NCBI GenBank assembly: GCA_903813345.2
Contig: CAIIXF020000001.1
Location: forward strand, 44,020,001 to 44,084,000
DNA: 64,000 nt
Source of the DNA: Owenia fusiformis
Taxonomy: Eukaryota
Direction: 5' to 3'
The first letter of the stretch is position 1, and every line of letters begins with the position of its first letter. Shown here in pieces: positions 15,285 to 27,480 of the stretch. The translations under genes and the position numbers were made by a program. Below the pieces are notes generated by a model that had not been told where the DNA came from, searched no databases, and saw only the letters and a list, made by a program, of their open reading frames with translations.

Positions 15285-15756
15285 TTATCACACGTTTCAG
15301 CATGTGATACAGGAAATATTCCACGAAAGGTAATATTGTATCATCCACGAAAGCGAAGCTTGAGTGGTGATACATTGTTACCCGAGTGGAATATTTCCTG
15401 TATCACATAAGCTGAAACGTGTGATGACGATTTTATCACATGTCTAGGAATTTTGAAGCATTTTGATTTGGTCAGTTATGATTGTGTTCAGAACTCCGTG
15501 TACTTCTGGTAACTATTATAATTTTTGATTTCGCTTTGAAACAATATGACGTCATACCGTTGTATTCGTACTTGTTTGTGAAATAGTATGACGCCATATT
15601 GTTTTCCTTAGAAGTGATATAATCAGTGACGTCACATTGTTGCTATCGATCATCATTGGTTGCCTCTAGTAACGTGTGAGACGGCCGTGTGAGACGGGAA
15701 AACTCACACGGTAATCAACCAATCAGATTACTGGAATTTTACAGAGCGTGTGATAA
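15285..15756. mobile_element. Non-autonomous hairpin element (Crypton-like architecture)
   Basis: ~70-bp-arm hairpin at 15285-15427 closed by AAGC-GAA-GCTT. The terminal TTATCACACG / CGTGTGATAA pair is inverted. The 3' tail reads CCAATCAGA..TTTTACAGA..GATAA. CpG-rich. The family assignment is from recollection of CryptonV-type elements. Confidence 0.6.
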
Positions 15757-16319
15757 AAGAATATATTAATTGTTCTTTAAGGTCAATAAATTATGTCACG
15801 TTAAGGTGGGCAGAGGCCAACCAACATTTTATAAAGTAAAACTGAAAACTATTCTTCTATGCCTTCCTAAATCCAGCATACTTATATATAGAGACTTTTA
15901 GATTGTATCAGTATATTATACTATGATAGCACAAGCTGAAGTAGTTTCTATTGAAACTGAATTGAAACGTTTAAGCAGACTTTCAAGCCAGATTTATTGA
16001 TCATAAGCAGAATGCAATATGACAATTCTTGCCAACTCTACTGCTACAGAATGACACCAGAAATCACAATCAATTACTGGTACAATTCTACTGTTAAACA
16101 AAAATATCACAGTCCATCATTCTACAAATATCAGTATCTTTCACATTTCTTGATCAGAGTTGGTAGGTTGAGCAAGCAACATACAACCATTACAATCAAC
16201 AGTCAACCGTTACAATCAACAGTCCACCATAACACTCAGCACCCAGGGGCAACATTGAAGGGACATGTATTCCAAACCCAAATAAAATATGTCAACCAAT
16301 AGAAATGACACATAATATG

Positions 16320-16563
16320 CTTGTCCGTAGCCAGCTTTTGCCAGGAGGGGGAGGTTTTTTCCAGGGGGTGAGCTTTTTCACAATTTTGGCTAAAACTCAT
16401 GCGAAAAATTCTCAGAATGTTGAAAACTGCATGATTTTGAAAGGATTTCTGAATTTCTTCCAAAAAATTCTCAGAATGTTGAAAAACTGCATGATTTTGA
16501 AAGAATTTCTGGTCAGGGGGAGGAGCTTACACTCCCCCAGCACCCACTCTGGCTACGGGCCTG
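16320..16563. mobile_element. MITE with CCGTAGCCAG-type TIRs and 5-bp TSD (ATATG)
   Basis: CTTGTCCGTAGCCAG ... CTGGCTACGGGCCTG, flanked by ATATG at 16315-19 and 16564-68. Contains an internal ~59-bp duplication. Related to 48317-48519. Confidence 0.85.
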
Positions 16564-18239
16564 ATATGTAACACAAATCAATTCTCTAAATTACGTGTAC
16601 TTTATGTATATTTTAAATAACAACACAGTCCATTCTAGCATATATAAAAATCCCCATGATCGAATTTCATAAATCAGAAATATGACTACTTTTACAAGTG
16701 AATGAACGCTTCAGAATAATCGCACTATTTATTCAGAGTACATCAATATCAATAATGATGATGACAATGATGGTGTTGCCGCAAAGTAGCCTGAAGACAG
16801 TAGCACCTGTAGGCCTGCCTCTGTAGCCTGCCTCAGCAATCAGTTTTATTCCAGTAAATATAGAAACAACTGAGACAAAGTAACATTAACCACTAATAAG
16901 AGAATATACTCCTCATATTCTAACTGTGATTAATTACACATCCTCTTATGATAGTTTTTATGTTATAGATGAGTAAAGCTGTTTCTCTCATTACACTTAC
17001 TCCCTCCTAAAGTTTGTTTTTCAACAACTTTTTCTTGTTGGTATTTGTTTAGAGAGATCAATTTGATTATGTTTCCAACATTTTCAATTGTGTCATTTGT
17101 CTTTGACTAGTAGAACAACATACATGACTATGAAAAAGCCATAAGACAACCTATGAACTATTTTTCATGAACTAATACAGATTTAAAACTTCATAACAGA
17201 TATAGCAAAAATTGACACTAATTTTATGACATGTAATAAACCTACTTTAAGTTGAGAGAATGCATATTCTCTATATAACAAACATCATTTTTGTCATTCA
17301 AACTGCAATTCAAATCTTTTTGATTTTTAATTTCATAATAATCATTCAAACAATACAAGAGCACAAGCGGCAAATTTGAAAAATGCATTTATATAAAAAC
17401 AACTAACAGGTTTTATTAATTCAATATTCACACAAGAATATAAAATTCATAGATCAAGATGACTGAGTATAAACTGATGATAAACACACATGTATATGTA
17501 CTAGTACTTGTAATGAAAGTACTTGAACTCATGTTGAACTGAAATATTATGATGGAGAATTATGAGTATATATATATATAGAAATGGCAATGAGAATGTT
17601 TTATATTATAATTTGTTATATAGAATATACACTTCTAAATAAGATGATTTTTCACATGTACAATATGCATGGATAAGATTGGTCATAAATTGTGTTGTCT
17701 ATAAAATCAATATGTGGTACATACACCTACTCAGATTTTCTTGCATTCAGGCTGAGCTATTTATAATATTTGGGAAGTTCTCTAAACAATTGGAAAATCA
17801 ATGTTATGGCTCAGTATCTTTAGGATTTTTCTTTTTGTCATAATAAATGGAGAAAATGGTAAACTATACATCCAATAGTTCACCAGATGCTTAAAAGGTG
17901 AAAATAATATTGATCACATCATCAATAAACATAACATATTTTGCTTGGCCTTATTATCCTGTTTTCAACAATTGTAATATCATTTAGCATTGTATGCAAA
18001 TTTCTGCATTGTTATGGTTGATATGCCTTGAACATGTTGAATTCACTGGGTATGAGCATGTAACAAGTGTCCTACTTTCAAACAAAAAGGCATGGCATCC
18101 TAATTGCTAAAAAATAACCACCAAACATCTAAATCCTCCGACTTTTCCCCGAGAAAGAGAAATTTCCAAAATCAAATATTTCAAAAATCAAAGCAACTTT
18201 TCAAATTTTTTAAATTGGACCCAATTTTCATTCTCTGAC

Positions 18240-18334
18240 TTCAGAATTCTAAAATTCCCTGACTATTTTAGCCATTTTTGAGGAAATTCTAAAGTTTGGT
18301 TTTACATGACTTTTCCCCAACTATGGCAACCCTG
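18240..18334 (-). mobile_element. hAT-like terminal fragment
   Basis: Ends TGGCAACCCTG (reverse complement CAGGGTTGCCA) with TTCCCTGAC-type subterminal motifs. The other end was not found. Confidence 0.35.
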
Positions 18335-20149
18335 TAAAATCTCAGTGTCCTAACAGTAGTTACAAGAAATCAAAGAACTTGAATAATATTAATGGAGAAT
18401 GACACATCTTGTTTATTGTAGATTGACAGACTTGTTAATTAAGGCAGAGCTGACCATGGGCATTGAATGCTGACAGACATTGTACTTATTGTATATTGTA
18501 CATTAACAGACCCTGTAAATTATTTCATAACTGACCCTGAGAATTGGATGTTAAAAGACATCATATATTGTACATTGTATATTGACAGACAAGGTCTATA
18601 TTGACGGATAGACCTCTTAAAATAGGTATGAAGACCCTTTTACTCTATAATTTGAGGAACCTTGAAAATTATGTCTTCATATTTTCTCTATGAATAGCAT
18701 TCACTGATGCTACATTTGATGTAAATAACCTTGAGTAAATGTGTCAATCTAACCCAATGTCAAATAAATACCTGTGTGACTTCTCATAATTCAAATATCA
18801 TCAATGTCATATCATGTCATTATGACCTAAGTAGGTGAATTACTTGTGCAGGACTGTATTTACATTGAGGCAACCTCTGTCAGAATTTTGCATCAATTTG
18901 TTTTAACAATTTATTCATTTTTCTCACAAATCCACCTAACGATTCTCTGATCAAACAAAAAGCATTTTGATTTGTAAATCACTTTTGCCTCTTTAAAACT
19001 TTGGACCCAGGGTGCACGTCTGACATGCAAATAATACACATAGTTCCTCTGCTCGCCATAGGAGGGCAGAGGTACATAAATGTTAAAAAACATACCTCGA
19101 GGAGGGACCAACGCTTTTGAAACCATGTAACAGACTGACCTAGATGATCTCACCATAGATGTTACATCCATGTTCATTTGTATTATACTCCCACAATAAA
19201 TGAGGGGTGATCAAAAACTTGTATATGCAATATAAAAAAAGAGTATTTAATTTAGTAAAATATATTTATAGGAAACATTTGCTATCATGTTTTGTCATGT
19301 CCACACAGTCAAGAAGTCACAAAATTAAGAGAAACAAAATTTGGACTGTTGAGAAGGTCATGATTGGTCAATTGGGTCTTAACAGTCTGATGTAGGATAA
19401 GGCAAAAATGGTCAATTGTGCAATGTATGGAACTAAAAGAAAAAGAGTCAATCAGAAATTTTTTGTCAGTTATCACTTAAAGGCATGGTCTTATGTAATG
19501 ATCCCGTAAATGAAACAAGGCAGTTTGGATTAGTACAATGATTTGTATTGGCTGATGCACATGCATTCTTTGGTTAATTCATTCTCTCGCTGTTTATAGA
19601 ATCATTGTAAACAGATTATTTTATCTTCAAGATGATAACAATGAATTGGAATTAATAAGAAAAGGCATTTTCAGTTTTCTGAATTGGAATTTACAAACTC
19701 CCCTAAATTCTAAAAATAGACTGGTCCAGTAGACTCGCCTTAGTGTTCTCTTCAGGATTTTTTTCTGAAGTGCAAACTTCTCATTTTCACAGTTCAGACC
19801 AAAATTGATCAAAATATGCCAGTTTTTCATGATTTTTTTTTCATTTTCAAGTGGGTGCAAATGGTTTTTCAGGTGGGTGCAAGCCTGTTTTCAAAATCCC
19901 AGGTGGATGCTCTGCCCACTTGCTTTAATGCTAGGGAGATCACTGCGCATGGAGCCAACATATTGTTTTTATACAGGAAGCTTATTGTAACTTAAACATC
20001 TAAACATGATGATGCATATAGTGCAACAATCGTATCTATTTGATTTTATTTTGATTGAACTATCGGCCATAACACTGCTAAAAAGAGGACCCTGTACAAT
20101 GAAGTAAAGCACTGACAGAAAGGCATTTTTGTTTAGATCTTAATAGTAC

Positions 20150-20235
20150 ATGTTTGAAGAAAAACCGCAGTTTGAGACTTACAATCTTTGATTTTCAAAC
20201 ACCTGGTAGGTTTAAAATCCAAATTAACCGTTTTA
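20150..20235 (-). mobile_element. Fragment of the 33728-34135 MITE family
   Basis: The reverse complement GGTTAATTTGGATTTTAAACCTACCAGGTGTTTGAAAATCAAAGATTGTAAGTCTCAAACTGC aligns by eye to 33748-33810. Confidence 0.7.
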
Positions 20236-21764
20236 TGGTAGGTAGTCGTTTCGATACGCCCAGAATGCCAGTGTGATACAAGAGGTAAATGAAGAATACA
20301 ATATTGTAAATAAGGAGACTGGAGGAGGGGTAAGGAGCAACTCTGAATTTATAAAAGCTGAGGAGGTAGGTAGAAGCTGATTTGTGCATCACTGGAAACA
20401 AAAGAATAACTCAGTGAAAAGAAAATGTTAGAAATGTCCAAGATTTCTAGGAAAAGTATTGACATCAGTCCTACCAAGTAACCCAGTAAAATTCTAGCAT
20501 TTCAATCAAGAAGAAGCCCTCTTTTAAAGGAAAATAATTGAGAAACCTTAAATACATGTATATTTGAGCTTATAGTATAGTTAAAGAAATGGTTCAAATG
20601 TGGCAAGTCAGAGTTTTTTATAAGTTAAAAAGTTGCATTTTTGAAAAAAGTAAATACATGTACCAGATTGTCAAATACTCAAATATAGTACCCCGGACAG
20701 GTTGTATGATGCAGTCTTGTTTTTACTCTATATTTCCAATAGAACAACCATTCTCAGTGAAATTTTCATACTTTATTCATGAGACAATTTCCAACATGGA
20801 AATAATATTTTAACGAAATTCCTAATTTTATGATTTCACTAGACATCATGATAACCATGACATCTCATTTCTTTCTCAGCCCTGAAATGTTTCAGGTGAA
20901 ACAGAAAGATGCTATGAGTATCAGAATGGAACAACTGAACTTTTAGCATCTTTTCAAAGATTGTCAGGCTATTGAATTTATTCTATAACTTTAGATTAGC
21001 TACCTTTATTTTAACAGTTAAAGCTTAACCCCCCTCCCTTTCCCTCTTAACTATATCTCATTCTTCCTGGGCATTTTGAAACTTGGAACTATGATTTCTG
21101 CAAGTGAATGCATAAGTTCAAATCTTTTGCTTTGCTTTCATAAATTCATAGACAGTTATGTTGTCAGACAATAACATTAACCATTCTTTGGTCAGAAGTT
21201 TGAATACACTGAAAAAACTATTGGTCAAAACAATCTTTTACTCTTGCATGTATTTGTCAACTAAGGTAGAACTCTCCTTACTTTTTGTACCATTGGGATC
21301 AATGTTAAATTGACAAATTTCAAATTAGAATTTCTCAAATCACAGCCCATTGATTTTCAAAGAATTTCAGAGAAATGCAGCAACACATCTCATCTTCATG
21401 TCAAAAAAATTCAACAAAAATATCCCACGAAATCAAAAGTTCTGCTCTCTTACATAGTAGGAGTACCAAAACGTCATCATATTTGTTTACATTGACCAAT
21501 TCACCACTACCAAGGTCATCCATCCGCAGAAAATAATCTCAATGATTTTACCGTTCACTGTTATGCTCACATGTTTCCCAGTTATTCTGAGCATTATATG
21601 CCTGCAAATTAGAGTATTCTATCCAAAGATGGTGCTGTAGTATACCATTGAAGTCCCCAAACAGCTTTTTAATGGAACTACTTTCGTCATACCACGAAAT
21701 AAACGAACGAGTAAGGATAGTACACTCTAATTTACTTCATTTGTATTGCAGAGCAATTTTAAAA

Positions 21765-22090
21765 AATCATCTATGACAATAACATGATACTCTTAAAGAC
21801 ATAATCTAAGATAACTGCGCAGCACTTTTATACATTATCAAAGACTATTAAACAGCACTTTGATGACATGTAGGACTATTATACAACACTTTAAAGGCAT
21901 AATGTAATACTAATACAGAGCACTTTAAAAATAATCTAAGACTTGCATAGGACTCCAAAGGCATCATCTAAGACTATTGTACAGCATTTTCAAAACATCA
22001 TCTTGACAATTGCATAATAGCATTTTAAAGGTATCATCTAAGGCTATTACATTGTACTTGAAATACATCACCTAAGACTATTACACAGAA
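21765..22090. repeat. Degenerate ~33-35-bp tandem repeat (~10 units)
   Basis: Recurrent CATCTAAGACTATT..ACAGCACTTT..AAAG units at ~21806, 21841, 21872, 21934, 21967, 22000, 22037 and 22070. Confidence 0.75.
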
Positions 22091-23081
22091 CTAAAAGCAA
22101 GGATTGTTTTGAATTTTAGTTTAAGATTTACCAAAACATGTTTACACTTTAGGGGTAGATCACATGATTATTGATTGAATATGTACCTATAGATGTTGGA
22201 ACCAATTGAATATTGGCGATCACTGAATGGATTCTATCTTTTAGTGACGTCACAATTAGGCCACCGAGCATTAGATGCTTGATTTTGAGAGATTATCTTC
22301 TATATTTCGTGTTTTATTGATTTATTTTTCACGAAAGCGTTCGATTTGACTAGATCAACATTCATGCTAAGCACATACCAAGTCTAAGATCTTACTGACA
22401 TGATTAAGATAGCGGTTAAGCGCCCCCCCCCCCCCCCCCCCCCCCGATTTTGACAAAAACGGGGGGCGCTTATAGGCGTCTATGTTTTGTATGAATTTCA
22501 CCCAAACTTCGCACATATATAGATATACTCATGATCTAGTCAAATCGGCATACCTGGTAAATATCCGACCCATGGTTTTAATAAAAAAAACGACAATATT
22601 TTTATCTCAAAACTGCCACGTATCCGCAATTTCGTGATTCCATCATGTCTAATAACATTTCTATATGACGTCATACCAATAAGACGAAATATGAGACAAC
22701 AGTATCCATCAACAAAATTCCTGAATTCTGATCGCAAAAGGTCAATTCCAGGCATCTTCTGGCTCAAGATGTTGGCCTTTAATTGTGATTCAGATATCAT
22801 AAATAGTAGTTTCTATGAGTGTTTAAATTTATAAAGAAACTCAAGTACTCACGATTCCCGTCAACTTGTGACTTAATTATTATAAAAGTCCTGATTTTTA
22901 GAAAAATTATACCAAAAATAATGATAAACATGAAAATGTACCTTGCTGCTCTATGCACAAAACCATATAAAGTAAATTTATGAAAAACTAAAGTTTGATA
23001 TCTAGTCTAGCTACGTACAAGCCTTTGGGACCCCCCCTCCCTAAAAATGTTGTGTAGGTGATGTAGATAAGGGGGGAGGTC

Positions 23082-23553
23082 TAGTGTTGTCGCGATGTAC
23101 CATAATCGTACATTGATGTATCGGCAATTTTCATTAGTAAACATCCATGCACATCGCGATGAACATCGAGAAAAAGTCAGAGAAAAGTGCACTGAAATAC
23201 CGAACGCTAATGCACTAAAATACAGAACAGAACAAATTAATATAAGAGTACGCTGGTACATCCGGGAACTTCTAGTAACGGTGAAATGAAAGTAAAGTAA
23301 TTTTTTTTAGATTAATGGTTCATTTGGACTAGCTAAAACAGTTTTAAGGCGAAAGAATATCAGAAAACATTGCAAAATGAAATAAGACATGAGAAAGGTA
23401 AGCGATTTGCGTCAAAATAAGATAAGGAAGGGTGATTTTTAGCAAATTAATTTTTTTTAAAAACATTGTTGTTTCGTTTCAGACATCGATGCATCACCAG
23501 AATCAGCTTTGGCGATGTATATCGCGATGTATCGATTAATCGCGACAACACTA
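23082..23553. mobile_element. hAT-superfamily MITE, 472 bp, nested in an older repeat
   Basis: Perfect 15-bp TIR TAGTGTTGTCGCGAT / ATCGCGACAACACTA. Perfect 8-bp TSD GGGAGGTC (23074-81, 23554-61). Subterminal ATCGCGATG repeats. Confidence 0.93.
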
Positions 23554-23753
23554 GGGAGGTCACAGCAAAGATAAAGGGGGAAGGTTACTGCAAGACTATT
23601 TCATATGAGAAAATTTAAAGTAATTTAGTGCGGGCTTAAAACAGGCATTGAAAATTGTGGACAGAGGTTTTAGTCAGCACAACTAGATATTTATTTGTAA
23701 CCCGCATTGATTATCAAACTTTCTGACTGAATTCTCGGCAACAGTATGTTTAA

Positions 23754-23828
23754 CTCATTGCTTAATTTTTCATCAAAATGGCCAGTCACCAGCTGAAAAT
23801 CTCCAAAATACCTTTGGACAGCAATGAG
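23754..23828. mobile_element. 75-bp TTAA-flanked mini-MITE (piggyBac-type target)
   Basis: TTAA|CTCATTGCT ... AGCAATGAG|TTAA. Confidence 0.7.
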
Positions 23829-25566
23829 TTAAAACTGAGAAAACAAATCCTCTTTTCAAACATGCACCAGAGACCTTCCTGATACCTTCATTAGAGTCTG
23901 CATTCCTTCAAATTTTGGGATCAATAATAACAAAAAAAAATTGCTCGAATTTTCAAAATATGCTTTTTGAACAATTTGAAATGTGGTGGATTTTCTATTC
24001 ATTTGCCTTTTAATCATGTTCAGTAAACTTCTTTTTACTTGTAGATATTGAGCTATAATTCTCGTAAAGAAAATTAGGAGACTCTTGTACTGTCGTCAAT
24101 CTTAATAGTAGACTGCAGTTAGATTACCTCATTATGACTATTGGTCAGATAATTTCTATTGTCTTTATAATTTTGTACAAATTTATCTCAATAAAATATC
24201 TTTAACAATAAAAAATGTTCATTTCTGAATAGGAAATAGTATAATTATTATGTTAAGAAGCAACTGTAATTATAAGGTGATGTTACACTAAAAAAATGAA
24301 GTTGTGCAAAACCATCATCAAGATATTATCCCTACCATTACATCTAAAACTTATTGTCTAAACATCCATTATATAATAACAATAGAAAAATTATATTCTG
24401 AATGAACATGTATGTATATTACCCACAGGGACATTACCATTGTGACCATTGTCAAGACAGAACCATTATATGCAGTAATATATAAATTTATAGCAAGATA
24501 TCAATGAATTTGATTTAGAGTATATACATTATATATTGTATAATAACATAGAATATAGTTGGGAGCAAAAATAAATGACACATGGATTTTCTATCACCAT
24601 TTCCTAACCATGGTCGTCTGGAAGCCCATAATTTCCAATATTGTCTCGATACATATCCCTAAAATTTGTATATTTTACATTTTGTATAATCCCACCCACT
24701 GATGTATGGCCTCTTGAAAATTCTCTTATTTTTAACATGGGAAATCCTCACTTCAGCAAATCCACCTATCATTTATTTATGTTCCAAACTTTATGTACTA
24801 TTTTGTCTAATAGTTTTGTCCAATAACTATGTCAATTAAGATAAATTAACTTGCTTATTTTGAAAATACTGAAAAGGGCTTCTGAACTGGCATTATTGTT
24901 GTTATTCTTACTTAAATTAGGATGGAAACTACTTGGTCATATATAGTTGCAGAACGATTCACAAAATGTCAGATTGTCAACCAAAGATAATTTTACTGAG
25001 AGCCAGAACCAATCCACCAAAAATTGTCAACCTCACCAAACAAGAACAACAAAAAGAAATATCTCATTAAAGAGTTCCTTAATTTCAGTTCTACCAATTT
25101 TGGGTTCCTTTACATTTTTCTGTTGGTTCACTGTTGCAATTCCTCATTCCCTAAGAATGAACTGATTTTGAATATAAAATGTACCTTTGTTTAGAGAAGT
25201 GCCAATGCTATGGCCTCACCAGTATAAAAAAACCTAGAAGCTTTGCTCTCCTAAAGAGTTAAACTCCCTGTATACGCCTATAAAACATCCTACTTTAGAA
25301 AATATCTAACATGGTTTGACTATTCTACAAAACAATTTCTCCAAAATTCATTCCATAATTCAGATTTTTGTATAATAAAGTTTTCTTGTTCTTCAAGAAC
25401 TGGGATAACTATTAGATTAAAATGCAAAATTAACCTGCACAGATTATTTTTTGCTCATATTGGTGTACTGCACTAGTACCAAAAATGACCGATAGAGGGA
25501 TGGGGATTTTGGTACAGAGCCCACTTTCTGGTGCTTCTTGCAGGGTGGGAACTTTATTGTACTTAC

Positions 25567-25693
25567 ATAATCATGAAATGCTTTTGCTTCACTACTGTGA
25601 TCACATGTATCTCTTCTTTCTGGGGCTGCGCAGTATAAATCCCAAAATACACTGGAAGGGAAAATAATGGGGATGCTCAATAAACGGAATAAC
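25567..25693 (-). other. Candidate internal exon of the minus-strand transcript
   Basis: Acceptor gtgttttgtag| and donor TAT|gtaagt on the minus strand; 127 nt; one frame open ([11 protein letters not shown]...AFHDY). Confidence 0.35.
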
Positions 25694-27274
25694 CTACAAA
25701 ACACTGTACTCGATACAGTAATATCTCTAAACTTTCTGCTGTACAGTAACACATGTAAAATTTAATATTGTTTCAGCTGATTTCATTGTGATTACACATG
25801 AAGTAAAACCCAACAGTTTAACCAATTGTCTCAAACTAGGCCATTATATTTATAGTCATATTAAATTTTTCAATAAATTTATAGTATACTAATCATCAGA
25901 TAACGTTTGTAATAGACAATAACTTTATTTGAGCCAATGTTAACATAATCTAATGTAGTAGATTTATTCCCTGTCTGAAATATTTAGGTCCCTATGGTCA
26001 ACTTACCACCACCAAGAATGTAGAAACCCAGGTGGTTCCCCCAATGTTATGTTCTTTTCCCACCTTATCTATAAGTAAGAGAAAAATGCAACATATCATA
26101 ATTGTAACACCAGATTAACCGAGTGTCTTCAAATCAATTCATCAAATAGAGGGCATCTAAAAAACTTTGAAAAAATTCTGCATCATAAACTAAAGGAGAT
26201 GCCTGTGTAATGGTCATATATTCAAATAATATCTGTCTATATAATTTCATTGGATACATATTGATTGACTAAAATAATCTCAGTGCCACAATGTCAGGTC
26301 TTATAATTTTGCATTGTTAACATTGTGTATATTTCTGTGTGTATTTGGCTTACAGTATGGGGCTCCAATGGGGATTTTTAAATTGTGACAATAAATTCTT
26401 AGATTTGTAACTTTGACCGTTTATAGTATATTTTACCTCCGATAAAAATGTCTGTGCTGATTTCTGGGCTCCCACATGTAATAAATATTCGTATACATAC
26501 AAAGCTAACCTGAAACAAAGGAGAGAACAGCGTTATAACAAATATTGTATAAAATCAGTTTGTGACGATCTGTTTCGAAAATTATGAAAAGTAATTTCCT
26601 CAGATTTATATTATCTGGGTGTAAAATGGACAAATAAGCGACATATACAGCAGTATAGGAATATTTAGAAATTTTCTGGTGTGTTAAAAGCGATAAAACA
26701 CCAGAGATTCGATTAAAACGAGTAGTTAAACATTTTTCGACGCCATTAATGGTGATGTTTGATAACCGGAACAGCCATTTTAAACTTGATTGAATAGGGT
26801 ATTCCTCACGTTTTTCGCTAGAAAATACAGTTTGTAAGACATCTGAAGAAGTCTAAGATCATATGCTTATAGATTTGAATGTGCTGATTCTAGATATCGC
26901 ATCAGTTTTCATGCTAAGACTAAATTTCACTTACTTTTCTCGTGCTTGAGCATCTGATGGTACAGTAGATCCTTTCCCTTTGGCGTACATGCTTGCAGCT
27001 GAACTGTCATGCACCTGTCAATGCTTCACGGACGACACTGACCTTGTTTCCATAGCGACGTCAGAAAGACCTGTCGAATCTAATTTCATTGGATGATAAC
27101 GTAATATGGAAAAAAATAAAATATATGATATTGTCTCCAAAATATATATAATTAAAACAATGCCACAATTGTTTTTTGCAATAAAAATAATTTAGTTATT
27201 GTTTTCGAATGCAAATGGTTGTTCTTCTAGAGAATGAACTAGCACAGCTCGGGTTGCTTTTTAGTGTGCTAAGT

Positions 27275-27480
27275 TCTTTGTTTGTTTGATTATTTGCTTG
27301 TTTGTTCGTTTGTTTGTTCTATTAATCTATATTTGATTGCTTATTGCCCGGTTGATCATTGTTTACGATATGATTCCTTTAACAACTAGGCAATGATACA
27401 GTACAGACATATTCAAGTTTTCAAATTAATTTCTCAAATTGCTTGTTTGAAATGTGTTTGTTTGTTTGATGTTTGTTTAA
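27275..27480. repeat. Degenerate (TTTG)n microsatellite region
   Basis: Runs of TTTGTTTGTTTG at ~27277-27317 and ~27456-27478. Confidence 0.7.
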
